31,544 bases of DNA, taken from IMG/VR virus record IMGVR_UViG_3300026270_000015, positions 1-31,544 of that record; one strand, given 5' to 3'. This stretch comes from a virus (Duplodnaviria > Caudoviricetes). The notes under the pieces were generated by a model, which was not told where the DNA came from, made no database searches, and worked only from the letters and a program-made list of their open reading frames with translations. Positions 1 to 9,300 of this stretch are shown one piece after another. Position 1 is the first letter of the stretch, and every line of letters begins with the position of its first letter. A program made the translations under genes and the position numbers.

Positions 1-335
1 TTTTCTCTACCCCCACAGTGGGCTTTCTGAGAGAATCCTTTTGGATTATCGCAATCGATGGATTTTTTGTACTTTGCACTCCACGCTTCAGAGACACCTC
101 CTCCGCCGCCGTCACCACCTCCATTAGAAGAGGAGCCATTCCCGTTGCCATTGCCATTTGAGTAATTTCCATTCCCATTACCATTCTTTTTTTTGCCTTC
201 AGTTTCTTTATCATCCTTATGATCACTATCACGCATTAAATATCCCGTAGACATTACGTGGTAACCTCTAGGAATTTTCTTGCATTTTTTGGATTTATTA
301 CAATAGTAATAACCCCTTTTACATGACTTTGCCAT
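1..335 (-). CDS. Conserved cyanomyovirus hypothetical protein downstream of gp16 (5' part only, runs off the window); Cys/Lys-rich modules joined by an Asn-Gly/Gly linker
   Basis: Not in the ORF track. Manual translation from ATG at 335, which overlaps the gp16 stop (TAATG): MAKSCKKGYYYCNKSKKCKKIPRGYHVMSTGYLMRDSDHKDDKETEGKKKNGNGNGNYSNGNGNGNGSSSNGGGDGGGGGVSEAWSAKYKKSIDCDNPKGFSQKAHCGGRE. No stop before position 1. Confidence 0.85.
   Translation of the reverse strand, partial: MAKSCKRGYYYCNKSKKCKKIPRGYHVMSTGYLMRDSDHKDDKETEGKKKNGNGNGNYSNGNGNGNGSSSNGGGDGGGGGVSEAWSAKYKKSIDCDNPKGFSQKAHCGGRE
96..185 (-). repeat. Low-complexity coding repeat, (AAT GGN)n then (GGN)n, encoding an NG/G linker
   Basis: Minus strand reads AATGGTAATGGGAATGGAAATTACTCAAATGGCAATGGCAACGGGAATGGC...GGAGGTGGTGACGGCGGCGGAGGAGGT; third positions are degenerate. 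Confidence 0.8.
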
Positions 336-766
336 TATTTGGTCGAAGCATCATTATTATTTAGAAAACCTTGTTTCAATAGTTTTGACAGTTCAGTTGT
401 AGACCCAACAAACAAAGCGTTGTTTGTAACATTATTAGGACCTTTATTTGTATTATCTTCTTCCAAATCTTTTAATTTCTTTTGAAGATCTGCTAGTTTG
501 TCAGTTGTATCTGCAACTGATTTAATTAACTGACCAGCAACTTCATATGCTCTAGGACTTGCACTTTCTCCTGCAAGTTCCATAATTCCATTAATTGCTT
601 CTTGCCCCTTTTCAATTAAAGAATATAAGTTGGCACGAGTATATTCATAATCTTTTTTAATATCAGTCCTCTCCTCTACTGGAGGGACAGGTTTTATTGG
701 TTTTGATTCAACAATGCTACTTTCAATATCAAGTGCGTTGTCAATGGACTCATAATTACTACTCAT
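335..766 (-). CDS. gp16: Terminase small subunit (T4 gp16 homologue)
   Basis: 143 aa with DYEYTRANLY, SPRAYEVAGQLIK and NNALFVGSTTEL motifs typical of T4-like gp16; directly follows gp15. Confidence 0.93.
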   Translation of the reverse strand: MSSNYESIDNALDIESSIVESKPIKPVPPVEERTDIKKDYEYTRANLYSLIEKGQEAINGIMELAGESASPRAYEVAGQLIKSVADTTDKLADLQKKLKDLEEDNTNKGPNNVTNNALFVGSTTELSKLLKQGFLNNNDASTK

Positions 767-771
767 GATTA

Positions 772-1617
772 TTAGAGATCAGTTTGTCTTGTAGGACTAT
801 AATTCTTAGAATCAGCAAAGAATTCCCATTCTTCATCAAAACCAAAGTTATCTCCTGGTTGAAGCAGTTTGTGATCTGCTTCATTAATTACACCATCATC
901 ATTTCTATCAATCTTGGATGTTGGTGTAACTGTATAACGCATTTCACGTTTAGCAGTTTTAATATCTGTACTGGTATACATATCAACTTGAACCTTACGG
1001 ATAAGTCCATCGCTACTATCTGCAACAGGACCAAACAGATATGTTTTTGCCGTAAATTGTAACGTATGAATTAAGGATCTTCTTGTATCAAAGTTTCCTT
1101 CATAATCATCTTGAAAACCTACAGATTCAAGGATAATTGGAATATCTCTCTTCTCTCCAATGGAATCTATCAAATCAACGGTTAAATTAAAATGTGGTTG
1201 AAAGTATGGAAGAATTTGTTCTAAAATTTGTAATGAATCGTCATTCAGTTTTGACATAATATTGAGTTCAAATCCAATATTATATGGGACAGGCATAAAG
1301 ACTTTCTTTACCTTACTCCCATCATCACAAGTTTTGAAGGTCTGAACCAAACTGGACTTTCTTGTAGAATCATATGAAATGTTTGTCATTTCAAATGACA
1401 TCCTAGGCATTGTAATCTGAATTGGTTTATTCAGATCTGCCTGTTGTGTTATTCTTGCTAAAAACTTTTGACTAGGACCATATGCCAGAGGAACCTTCAT
1501 ATCACTAACATCCTTACCCGCACCATCTTGATGACGAATATGAATATCATTGAATAAAGTTCCGAATGAAATAATAGTTTTCCTAATTATTTCGTGATAA
1601 TAATATGTTCCTAACAT
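772..1617 (-). CDS. gp15: Tail terminator / proximal tail sheath stabiliser (T4 gp15 homologue)
   Basis: 281 aa with YYYHEIIRKTIISFGTLFNDI, VPLAYGP.QKFLAR, PRMSFE, PVPYNI.FEL and QILEQILPYFQP motifs; gp13-14-15-16 synteny. Confidence 0.94.
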   Translation of the reverse strand: MLGTYYYHEIIRKTIISFGTLFNDIHIRHQDGAGKDVSDMKVPLAYGPSQKFLARITQQADLNKPIQITMPRMSFEMTNISYDSTRKSSLVQTFKTCDDGSKVKKVFMPVPYNIGFELNIMSKLNDDSLQILEQILPYFQPHFNLTVDLIDSIGEKRDIPIILESVGFQDDYEGNFDTRRSLIHTLQFTAKTYLFGPVADSSDGLIRKVQVDMYTSTDIKTAKREMRYTVTPTSKIDRNDDGVINEADHKLLQPGDNFGFDEEWEFFADSKNYSPTRQTDL

Positions 1618-3059
1618 TAAAATGTCCCAAATGGATTGGTTTCAGTGAAGTCTAAAAGATTATCTGCGAGAGTTTCAAACTCATCGTTCTCGGTATATTT
1701 ATCATAAGTATCATCCTGTACATAACTAAAGACTGGATACTCTGCTCCAGAAGTTTGACCGATTACAGATTCTCCAGGATAGAATCCAATTGGTTGTGTG
1801 GAACCAATGCTCACATTAGAAATCTTAAGAATATGGGTATCTTGATCATATTCTTTAACTCTTGCCTGAACCATAGATTGAGATCCCATAACAATTTCAT
1901 TAAAGATATATGTTCCAAGACCCGATAACGTTTCTGGATCTGCGACTGTAACTGCTGGTGCGCTGCTATATCCTCTTCCAGGGTCTTTGATGTAAATTGA
2001 TTTGACAACACTATTACTACCATCAAGACCAATAGAAGCGATACCAACTGCAGTATGTGCAATACCACTAGCTGTTGGACCTGCAATAGTAATGATTGGT
2101 GCAGTGCCGTAACCAACACCACCATCTTGAACAACAAATCTAATTACACCTTGACCAGTAGTTTCAATAGATGCAGTTGCTGCTGCTCCTACACCACCAC
2201 CTCCAGTGATTGTAATTGTTGGTGGTGTTACATATCCTGCGCCAGCATTGGTTAGCAAAATCTTCTCAATCGAGGTAATATTACCTCTTGTTGTCAAGAA
2301 TCCAACAGCAGTGGCATTGTCACCGACTTGACCTGTTGGTGAAGATGATATCCCAATAGTTGGAACTGAAGTGAATCCACTTCCATCATCATTAAGGTGA
2401 ATGGTTCTTACATAACCACTTGAAGTTGAACCAGCGATCAATGGTAATACTGTGGCAGTTCTACCTATTCCAATTAATTGAAGTGTGGTAATATATCCCT
2501 CATCTTGAACTTGGGTATCGATTGTCTGAATAGTTGTATCAATAATTTCATCTTCATATTCAAAGAGTTCACATTTAAGTTGATAAACGTAATTCTTTCC
2601 TAACTGGAAGAATGGATCTTCGTGCTCAACAAATTTTACTTCAAACAATCTTTGCCCTAATGGGAAATATACAAGATCTCCTTCTCTAGGACGAGTTGGA
2701 GTAGGCATAATAGAATCATCAGTTCCATCATCCTGTCCTGCCATAAATGGAGCAATAAAATCTTCAAATCTTTCTTTGGATAGTGTAATAATTAATTCAT
2801 CTCTTACACTTACACCAAATTTTGTCAGGATATCTCCTGCTCCACCATATCCTTCAAAAGTATTTACATATGCTTCAATGGAGAAGTTATCATCAAACTT
2901 TGATGTCTGTACCTCTTCAATAATTGATTTTTTATTGACGTATTTTCTGGGAATATAAGTTACTTCAACACCATGAAAAGATAGGTGCTCATTTATTAAG
3001 TCTTGGACCAATCTCTGTTCAGATGCAGTCCCTTGTAAGAAAAAAGGATTAAGTGCCAT
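1617..3059 (-). CDS. gp14: Neck protein (T4 gp14 homologue) with a Gly/Thr-rich insertion
   Basis: 480 aa; MALNPFF, YIPR, RPREGDLVYFPL, FEVKFVEHEDPFFQLGK and C-terminal DFTETNPFG match cyanophage gp14. Confidence 0.93.
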   Translation of the reverse strand: MALNPFFLQGTASEQRLVQDLINEHLSFHGVEVTYIPRKYVNKKSIIEEVQTSKFDDNFSIEAYVNTFEGYGGAGDILTKFGVSVRDELIITLSKERFEDFIAPFMAGQDDGTDDSIMPTPTRPREGDLVYFPLGQRLFEVKFVEHEDPFFQLGKNYVYQLKCELFEYEDEIIDTTIQTIDTQVQDEGYITTLQLIGIGRTATVLPLIAGSTSSGYVRTIHLNDDGSGFTSVPTIGISSSPTGQVGDNATAVGFLTTRGNITSIEKILLTNAGAGYVTPPTITITGGGGVGAAATASIETTGQGVIRFVVQDGGVGYGTAPIITIAGPTASGIAHTAVGIASIGLDGSNSVVKSIYIKDPGRGYSSAPAVTVADPETLSGLGTYIFNEIVMGSQSMVQARVKEYDQDTHILKISNVSIGSTQPIGFYPGESVIGQTSGAEYPVFSYVQDDTYDKYTENDEFETLADNLLDFTETNPFGTF

Positions 3060-3922
3060 TATCCAATAAAGTCGAGAGGTGGCAATTCGTATTCCATAGT
3101 CATACGAGATTTGATCTCATTCAATTCCTGTTCTCCTTGCTGTAAAATTTCCCCACCATTCAATTCTATTCCACCAGGGAGTTTTACCCCTCTAAACTTG
3201 CTAAGATTTCTTCCCCATTGTCGTTTAATCAATGCTGTCAGATATCTCTTGACAAAACTATCATTGTAAATTTGAGAGAATGAATTTGGATCAAGTGCTC
3301 TATAACATTCAATTACAATAAAATTACCTGCACTCTGCGATCCCCAATCAATATCCAAATATAATCTATCTTGTCTCTTATTAAATCTTAGTTGCTTATC
3401 TGTTGTCAACAAATGATCAATAGTTTCAAGATATGATTTTGTCATAGAATATTGAAGAAGTTCAACCGAGTTGAAATAATAAAGATCATTTAAGAACATT
3501 TGATATTTAATACTAAACATCCCTCCAGAGATTGAACTAGTATCAAATTTAAAAAGTCTTTCTACTCCAATGACAGAATCTGGAACTTGTATAAAATTAG
3601 AGTTCTCGTAGAAACTGAAAGTTGTTGCAGCAATTCCTGTAGAGGTTGCCGTAGTTGTTACAATACCAACCCCAGTTTTACCATTTACTTGGTTACCACC
3701 TGCAATATCTACTCCCTTTCCCCTATCAATATCGTCTTGAGTAATTTCGTACTTGAGGTACATTTTCTCAACACCGTCATAGTGACGCTCATTAAAATAT
3801 TGAATGGTATCATCAACCAGATCATCAATTTGATCATCATCCACGTTGATTTCCAACACTGGAGCACCAAGTTGACGCAAACAATAATCGATTAATCCTT
3901 GCCTAGTTGACGGTTTTGCCAT
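3059..3922 (-). CDS. gp13: Neck protein (T4 gp13 homologue)
   Basis: 287 aa with YCLRQLGAPVLEINV, ALIKRQWG.NLSKF.GV.LPGG motifs and a PPLDFIG C-terminus. Confidence 0.95.
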   Translation of the reverse strand: MAKPSTRQGLIDYCLRQLGAPVLEINVDDDQIDDLVDDTIQYFNERHYDGVEKMYLKYEITQDDIDRGKGVDIAGGNQVNGKTGVGIVTTTATSTGIAATTFSFYENSNFIQVPDSVIGVERLFKFDTSSISGGMFSIKYQMFLNDLYYFNSVELLQYSMTKSYLETIDHLLTTDKQLRFNKRQDRLYLDIDWGSQSAGNFIVIECYRALDPNSFSQIYNDSFVKRYLTALIKRQWGRNLSKFRGVKLPGGIELNGGEILQQGEQELNEIKSRMTMEYELPPLDFIG

Positions 3923-3923
3923 A

Positions 3924-4109
3924 TTAACCTTCTAATTTTGCTTTGAGGTCTGCATTTTCTTCAAGCAGGGCATCTACTTGTTCCTTGAAATCTTGTGACA
4001 GAGTTGCCAACTTTGCTTCAAGAAGAACATTTTGATTCGATACCGCTGCTAATTTAGAATTATATATTTTAATGAGAACATTAACATCCACTTCACTTTG
4101 ATTTTCCAT
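3924..4109 (-). CDS. Small coiled-coil hypothetical protein
   Basis: 61 aa with heptad Leu pattern; GAGG Shine-Dalgarno 6 nt upstream of ATG; fills the gap between the fibre-like gene and gp13. Confidence 0.8.
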   Translation of the reverse strand: MENQSEVDVNVLIKIYNSKLAAVSNQNVLLEAKLATLSQDFKEQVDALLEENADLKAKLEG

Positions 4110-4117
4110 TAGTTACC

Positions 4118-5746
4118 TCAGAATGTGCCCCCATCCATAGTTGAAGTCCAGTGGGGCTTATTAGTATATATTACCGCAACATTGCTGGGAACTGAACCAA
4201 GGTTAGCGATTGCACCACTTTGACCTTCTCTCCTCAAATTGTTTGATGTATTGAATGTACCTTCAACACCAATCAAGTTAACAGTGCTGCTATTAGTAAC
4301 TCCAGATTCAACAACACCATATGCATTGGTGCTATCTTGTCTAACAATATCACCAGTTGCTGCGGTAATATTTGCACCAAGAGTCAATGTATTTTTTGTG
4401 ACAGCAGTCAAGATCTGCTTGGAGGTGATTACTGGAGATGCAACAGCATTGGTTGATCTCTGAAGACCAGTATCATCAAAGAATACAACACCACCAGTAG
4501 CAAAATCGCCAGACTGATAGTAAATACCTTTAATATCCAGGAAACCTTTAGTTCCAGTTACAATACTATTTGAAATGGATGCATCGGGAACATAAGTCCA
4601 TCTTCTGCTGTCATCAGCATGAGTTCCGTGATTGTCAGCATCTGCTGCACTATTGGCAATGGAGTCATCCTCCATACCAAAGAATCCAACCTTATTATTG
4701 GATGCTCCAGAACTTGTATTGAACGAGAATGAAATACCTCTATCAGTATTACTATCGTAAGCGTGAGTGATAGTTACTTGAGTTGTAGTGGTAATACCAG
4801 CAGTTGTGGCATTACTAATAGTAATTGCTTTAGTACCAGGATTATATGCAGTAATCGTGGTATTATTTGCAATACCTGCTGCTGCAGTAATTCCATCACC
4901 AGTGTTGATACCAACAATAGAATCCAGAACCAGTGAATTTGCACCACTGCTGGCTTCTGCCATAACAGTTCTGGTGCTAGTTACATCACCAAGATGGAAA
5001 ATTGGATCATTCAGGGTTGATGTTGTAGAGTTGACGGTTGTAGTTGTACCATCAACTTGCAGATTACCTTTGACAACAACTGTTCCCTCATTGCTCAATC
5101 CATCAGGATATGGATCAATGAACAGAGTATCGCTACTACCTGGTGTAGTTGAAATTACATTATCTTCAATCCTTACTTGACCAAAAAATGACTGTCCAGT
5201 CACCGTAATGGCGGTGTTCCATTCCCAAGGAGCACCAGTTACGCGAATTACGTTAGTGCCATTTTCGTCATATTCAATTTTACCATCTTTATCATCACCA
5301 AATGACAGGAAAGTGTCATCAGGAATATTAATTTCACCTGCACCATGTGGATCAAGAACAATATCACCATCAGTATCGGTAGATGAAATTTTATTTCCAT
5401 CAATCCTTAGGTTGTCTACGTTCCACTGATCAACCTTAAGTGATTCTGCTCCAGACAATCCAGAATTAGTTGCTGGTGCCATAATGGCAACAACACCTCT
5501 ATCTTGGTTTCTTGCATTATGAGAAGCTGCTGGAATATTTCCAGGAGCATGCTCCATCATAGAGGTATAATAATGACCACCAATCGGATTGGCGTTGGTA
5601 CCATCATCTCCAAGGAATACTCTATCCTTGTATTGATTTAAACCACCATAACTACCAATACCAGTTACGTATCCAAGTTCACCCCATTGTAGGGTTGCTG
5701 GTTTGCTAGTACCTGAGGATCTTTTAATCCTAATAATACTTGCCAT
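4118..5746 (-). CDS. Fibre-like virion structural protein (Mtd/hyaluronidase-type N-terminal attachment motif)
   Basis: 542 aa; N-terminus IRIKRS...L.WGELGY; internal VDNLRIDGN.ISST..DG.I.LDP.G.G and VVVKGNLQVDGTTTTVNST beta-repeats typical of cyanophage fibres; ends DGGTF. Confidence 0.75.
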   Translation of the reverse strand: MASIIRIKRSSGTSKPATLQWGELGYVTGIGSYGGLNQYKDRVFLGDDGTNANPIGGHYYTSMMEHAPGNIPAASHNARNQDRGVVAIMAPATNSGLSGAESLKVDQWNVDNLRIDGNKISSTDTDGDIVLDPHGAGEINIPDDTFLSFGDDKDGKIEYDENGTNVIRVTGAPWEWNTAITVTGQSFFGQVRIEDNVISTTPGSSDTLFIDPYPDGLSNEGTVVVKGNLQVDGTTTTVNSTTSTLNDPIFHLGDVTSTRTVMAEASSGANSLVLDSIVGINTGDGITAAAGIANNTTITAYNPGTKAITISNATTAGITTTTQVTITHAYDSNTDRGISFSFNTSSGASNNKVGFFGMEDDSIANSAADADNHGTHADDSRRWTYVPDASISNSIVTGTKGFLDIKGIYYQSGDFATGGVVFFDDTGLQRSTNAVASPVITSKQILTAVTKNTLTLGANITAATGDIVRQDSTNAYGVVESGVTNSSTVNLIGVEGTFNTSNNLRREGQSGAIANLGSVPSNVAVIYTNKPHWTSTMDGGTF

Positions 5747-5747
5747 G

Positions 5748-5975
5748 TCAGAAATTGCCTCCGTTGATGTCTAAATTCTGCGTTGCGCCTGGCGTCAGGG
5801 TAAGTGTAGCTTCCCATTTTCTGATGCTGCTGTTGTAAACAAGCACCATACCATTTTGCAAGTTAGAAGCACTAACATCACTGAGTTCTGCCAAAGAGAG
5901 ACCCTGAGCACCTGCAAGAGAAGATATAACTTTTACTGCTGGTTGTTGACCTACTCTGACTTTAATTTCAGCCAT
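5748..5975 (-). CDS. Small virion-associated hypothetical protein
   Basis: 75 aa with an L.ELSDV....NG.VLVYN....KW fibre-type motif; ends DINGGNF; preceded by a late promoter. Confidence 0.8.
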   Translation of the reverse strand: MAEIKVRVGQQPAVKVISSLAGAQGLSLAELSDVSASNLQNGMVLVYNSSIRKWEATLTLTPGATQNLDINGGNF

Positions 5976-6003
5976 TTATAATGTACAGATCAGGATGTAA
6001 ATA

Positions 6004-6011
6004 TATTTATA
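6004..6011 (-). promoter_or_regulatory. T4-type late promoter (TATAAATA)
   Basis: Exact TATAAATA on the minus strand, overlapping the stop codon of the 59-aa ORF and 28 nt upstream of the ATG at 5975. Confidence 0.85.
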
Positions 6012-6186
6012 TTCCTTGAAGTCCCAAACCACTTACAACTTCCTGTTGCTTCAGGTATAGTTTGACATATGATTTGGCAATATCTTTCAAAGTATCCCTA
6101 TCATCACACGAATCAATCTCTCTAGCTAATTTTGTATATTCAAAACTTTTAGAAAGTTTATCTAGAGTAATATCATCTGGGTCCAT
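6007..6186 (-). CDS. 59-aa helical protein, candidate NblA-like phycobilisome-degradation adaptor
   Basis: Not in the ORF track (under 60 aa). Translates MDPDDITLDKLSKSFEYTKLAREIDSCDDRDTLKDIAKSYVKLYLKQQEVVSGLGLQGI*. AAGGGAG Shine-Dalgarno upstream, 14-nt overlap with the previous gene, fills an otherwise empty gap. The ORF is well supported; the NblA call is pattern-based only. Confidence 0.7.
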   Translation of the reverse strand: MDPDDITLDKLSKSFEYTKLAREIDSCDDRDTLKDIAKSYVKLYLKQQEVVSGLGLQGI

Positions 6187-6388
6187 TTGCTATCTCCCTT
6201 AGTAGTGATTTGATTTCTTCGATGTCACTTTTAATTGTATCAAGTTCTTCTCTTTCTGTCTGCCTCCTTTTTTTCATTTTCATGTATTGAGCATAACCGG
6301 CACTATCATTATTGATGATAGCACCAGTATTTCTATCTCTAAAGAGATTTTGCTCATTTTCAACTTTTATTAAATCCTTATCTTCCAT
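6173..6388 (-). CDS. Conserved small hypothetical protein following the VrlC-like gene
   Basis: Likely start is ATG at 6388 (TAG-T-ATG after the upstream stop) rather than TTG at 6397. IKVE...L.RD..TGAIIN motif plus a C-terminal coiled coil. Confidence 0.82.
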   Translation of the reverse strand: MEDKDLIKVENEQNLFRDRNTGAIINNDSAGYAQYMKMKKRRQTEREELDTIKSDIEEIKSLLREIANGPR

Positions 6389-6389
6389 A

Positions 6390-9300
6390 CTATGCAAGTG
6401 CGATTGCTCTGAAGTCCTTCAGTTTAACAGGTGTTGATTCGTTTGTAGAAGACATAACAACTTTAATTGCAAATGCCGTAAACTGATCAACATTATTTAC
6501 ACTGAATTGATATTCACTGAATCCCTCTTTATCATTAGCAGCGACAAAAGCATCTGCTCTTCCACTACTCTTCTCTGGGTCGATTGTACGATCTCCAAAT
6601 CCATCACCATCATCATCAATTAAGTTATCATATCCAGGGAATGGGATGAACTTCTGTTCAATTTCACTTGAATCTGCTTTGATTAATTGATAAAGAACAC
6701 GGAAGTCAGCATCTTCTTGTCTATTTGCTGCAATATAAACCTTGAGACTTGTTGCAGGTTGTGAGAGAGAAATTTGTTTAGTTACAAATATTGCTCCGTG
6801 AGGATCATTTTCAATTAGATTTGCTCTAGAATCATCAATATAATCTTTAACAGGTGCATTTGATTTATTTCTTCCAAGAATAAACGTTGCATTCTGAAGA
6901 TCCATTACGGGAGATAGATTTTCATCTGTACTTGCAAATTCAACTCTCATAGAGAGTGACTTATTATTTGGAAGTGTTCCAAGTCTTTCAACTTCATTAA
7001 CTCTAGAAGCAACCATTCTGGGAGTATCAAAATTAATAAGTTTATTCAATGTTACTGGTTCAAATCCTTGATCAATGAAGGAAACTTCATTTCCGCCAGC
7101 ACTTGTTCCAGATATAGTTCTAATTAAAGCACTTGATGAAGTTCCTTTGCCTGGAGTGATAATATTGAACATTGGTTCAATATTACTAAACTGATAATTT
7201 TGGGAAATTCCAACTGTATTTCCACCAAATCCTTTCTGAGATTCAAAGTTAATCATTCCAGATCCAGAACCTCTAGGAGTTGGAGATGCTGCGGTTCTAT
7301 CAAACTCAAGGAAATAATTATCTAGATTTGAATTTTGATCAGTATAATATGTTGCTGGAATATCGTGATTAGTATTAATTCTTGTCAGAGATACTCCATT
7401 GACTTCATAAGGTTGAATAAATTCACCCGTAGTGTGTGAAGATTTGACAGAATTTCCGACCGCTCTTGCGTCAATTGATAGTGTACCAGTGTTGTTTGCT
7501 CCCGCAGTAATTGCGTTATAAGAAATAATTTCATTATTAAGAAGTGCATAACCACGACTTGTAGTAATTCCTTCAAAAGTTTCAAATAGTGTTCTGTCAG
7601 CAACTGCAACTACAGCATCAGTCTCACCAAAATTTCCAGTGATAGTGGTTCTACCTGTATCTGGCAGAATATCTTCAACAGAAATTTTGTTATTTCCACC
7701 GTGATGTGCATGATTATGTTGTTTAATCCTGAAGACATTTCCACTGTAAATATCATCAATTAAAGTTGATGTCCCATTAATAGTAACGCCAGCAGTTGCT
7801 CTTGTTGTTTCATTTGTAGGATCACCATAGTAGAAGAGGTTCAAACTATTGGTGAAGTTTTCTCCCTGAACATTAGTCAGATAAAGAGTATCTGCATTTC
7901 CAATTCCAGTAAGAGTAAATCTAGCACCTTTACCTGCTCGTTTTGATACTGCCATAGTTGACGTAACAATTCCAACAGTTTCACCTTCAACATATCCAGT
8001 ACCAACAGTGGTAATATTTACTGTCTTAACATTACCAAAAGAGTCAATGGTTAATGTTGCTTTGGCACCAGTTCCTTTACCAGTCAAAGATACTAAATCA
8101 ACATTGGCAATTGATATACTGGGTTTATAACCAGTACCACTACTTGCAATTGAAACATTACCTGTTCCAGAAACTGCAGGACCACCAAGATTTTCAACGA
8201 TTCCATTAATACTTGGTGCAGTTGCACCTTCAGCAACTTTTACACCAGCAATAACACCCGCATCAAGTGTTCCCGAAATTGGAAGTTTTAGTTTTCTAGG
8301 AAGACCTTCAATTGGATTATCTTCAAGGGCTGCACTATTATCGCCTTTTGGAAGAACATCACTATTATAGAAAGTAACTGCTCCAGAGGGAACAAACTTT
8401 GCTTTATATAATTTAAATGTTAGATCTTGATACTGACTTGGAGTCCAGATTGTACCATTTTGAGATTTAAAGAGAGAACCACCGATGTACTGCTTAGTAA
8501 CAACTACATTTTGAACATCTGGAAGATTTGTTGTTCTAACAGTCTTCTTACCCATAGTTGCTGTCCACATCTCATAACCATCAGATGCAGGTGATAAAAT
8601 AACAATAGCATATTCAGTATCTGCTTCCAGATAAACTGGTGATGGGAATCTTACTCTCGTAGGAACAGGTTCAAATGGATTTGCTTCATTGATATTGATA
8701 TCTGCTGGGTTCAATGAAACCTGAGTATAGTCTTGAACCAGGAAAGATGTTGGTGTGCCCAACTCCATGGTTCTCAATTCAACGAAGATTTTCGCTCCAG
8801 GATCTTTTGTTGCAAAGAATAAATCAAATGATGTTAAGAAGCAACCTTTTCCATCGACAGTGAAAGACTGTGCAAGTGGATCTCTATGTGGTGCCTTAAC
8901 TTTGACCTCAACTTCAGTTTTCTTTCTACGTGGTTTGGGTGGATTTCTAACAGAAACACGACTTGTTTCTTGTGTTAAAATAGTTCCAGAACCACTATAA
9001 GATCCAATTGCCTCAGAAGCAAATACTGTAGATCCTGGAAGAACTACTGTATTTGGTGGAACTGCAGTAACTTTTACAGTTTTAGTTCCACTTGTAACTC
9101 TAATAGGTGGTCTTGGAACTGTATTTGGATTTCTGAAGAAGAAGTTTGCAATGATATCTCCCCAGTTATCAGAAACTAATTCTGCTCTAGTGATGGTGCA
9201 AACTGCTCCACTAGTCTGTCCGATTACTTTAGCACCCTTTTTGACATAACCATAGAATTTATCACCTGTGGAAAGAACCCTTACACCAAAATTAATTAAT

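Noticed and set aside
1811-2137. 108-aa hydrophobic alternate-frame ORF inside gp14, and similar minus-strand ORFs inside VrlC, gp7 and gp6
   Set aside because: L/V/Q-rich sequence is the typical shifted-frame shadow of Gly/Thr/Ala NNT/NNA codons; no evidence for real overprinting.
5744-5765. GGAGG-CAAT-TTC-TGA-C-ATG resembling the prfB +1 frameshift site, which would fuse the 75-aa and 542-aa ORFs
   Set aside because: tRNA-Phe re-pairing from UUC to UCU is poor; GGAGG is more simply the Shine-Dalgarno for the downstream ATG.
6389-6397. TTG start at 6397 given by the ORF track for the 74-aa ORF
   Set aside because: ATG at 6388, one base after the upstream stop, is the more plausible start.
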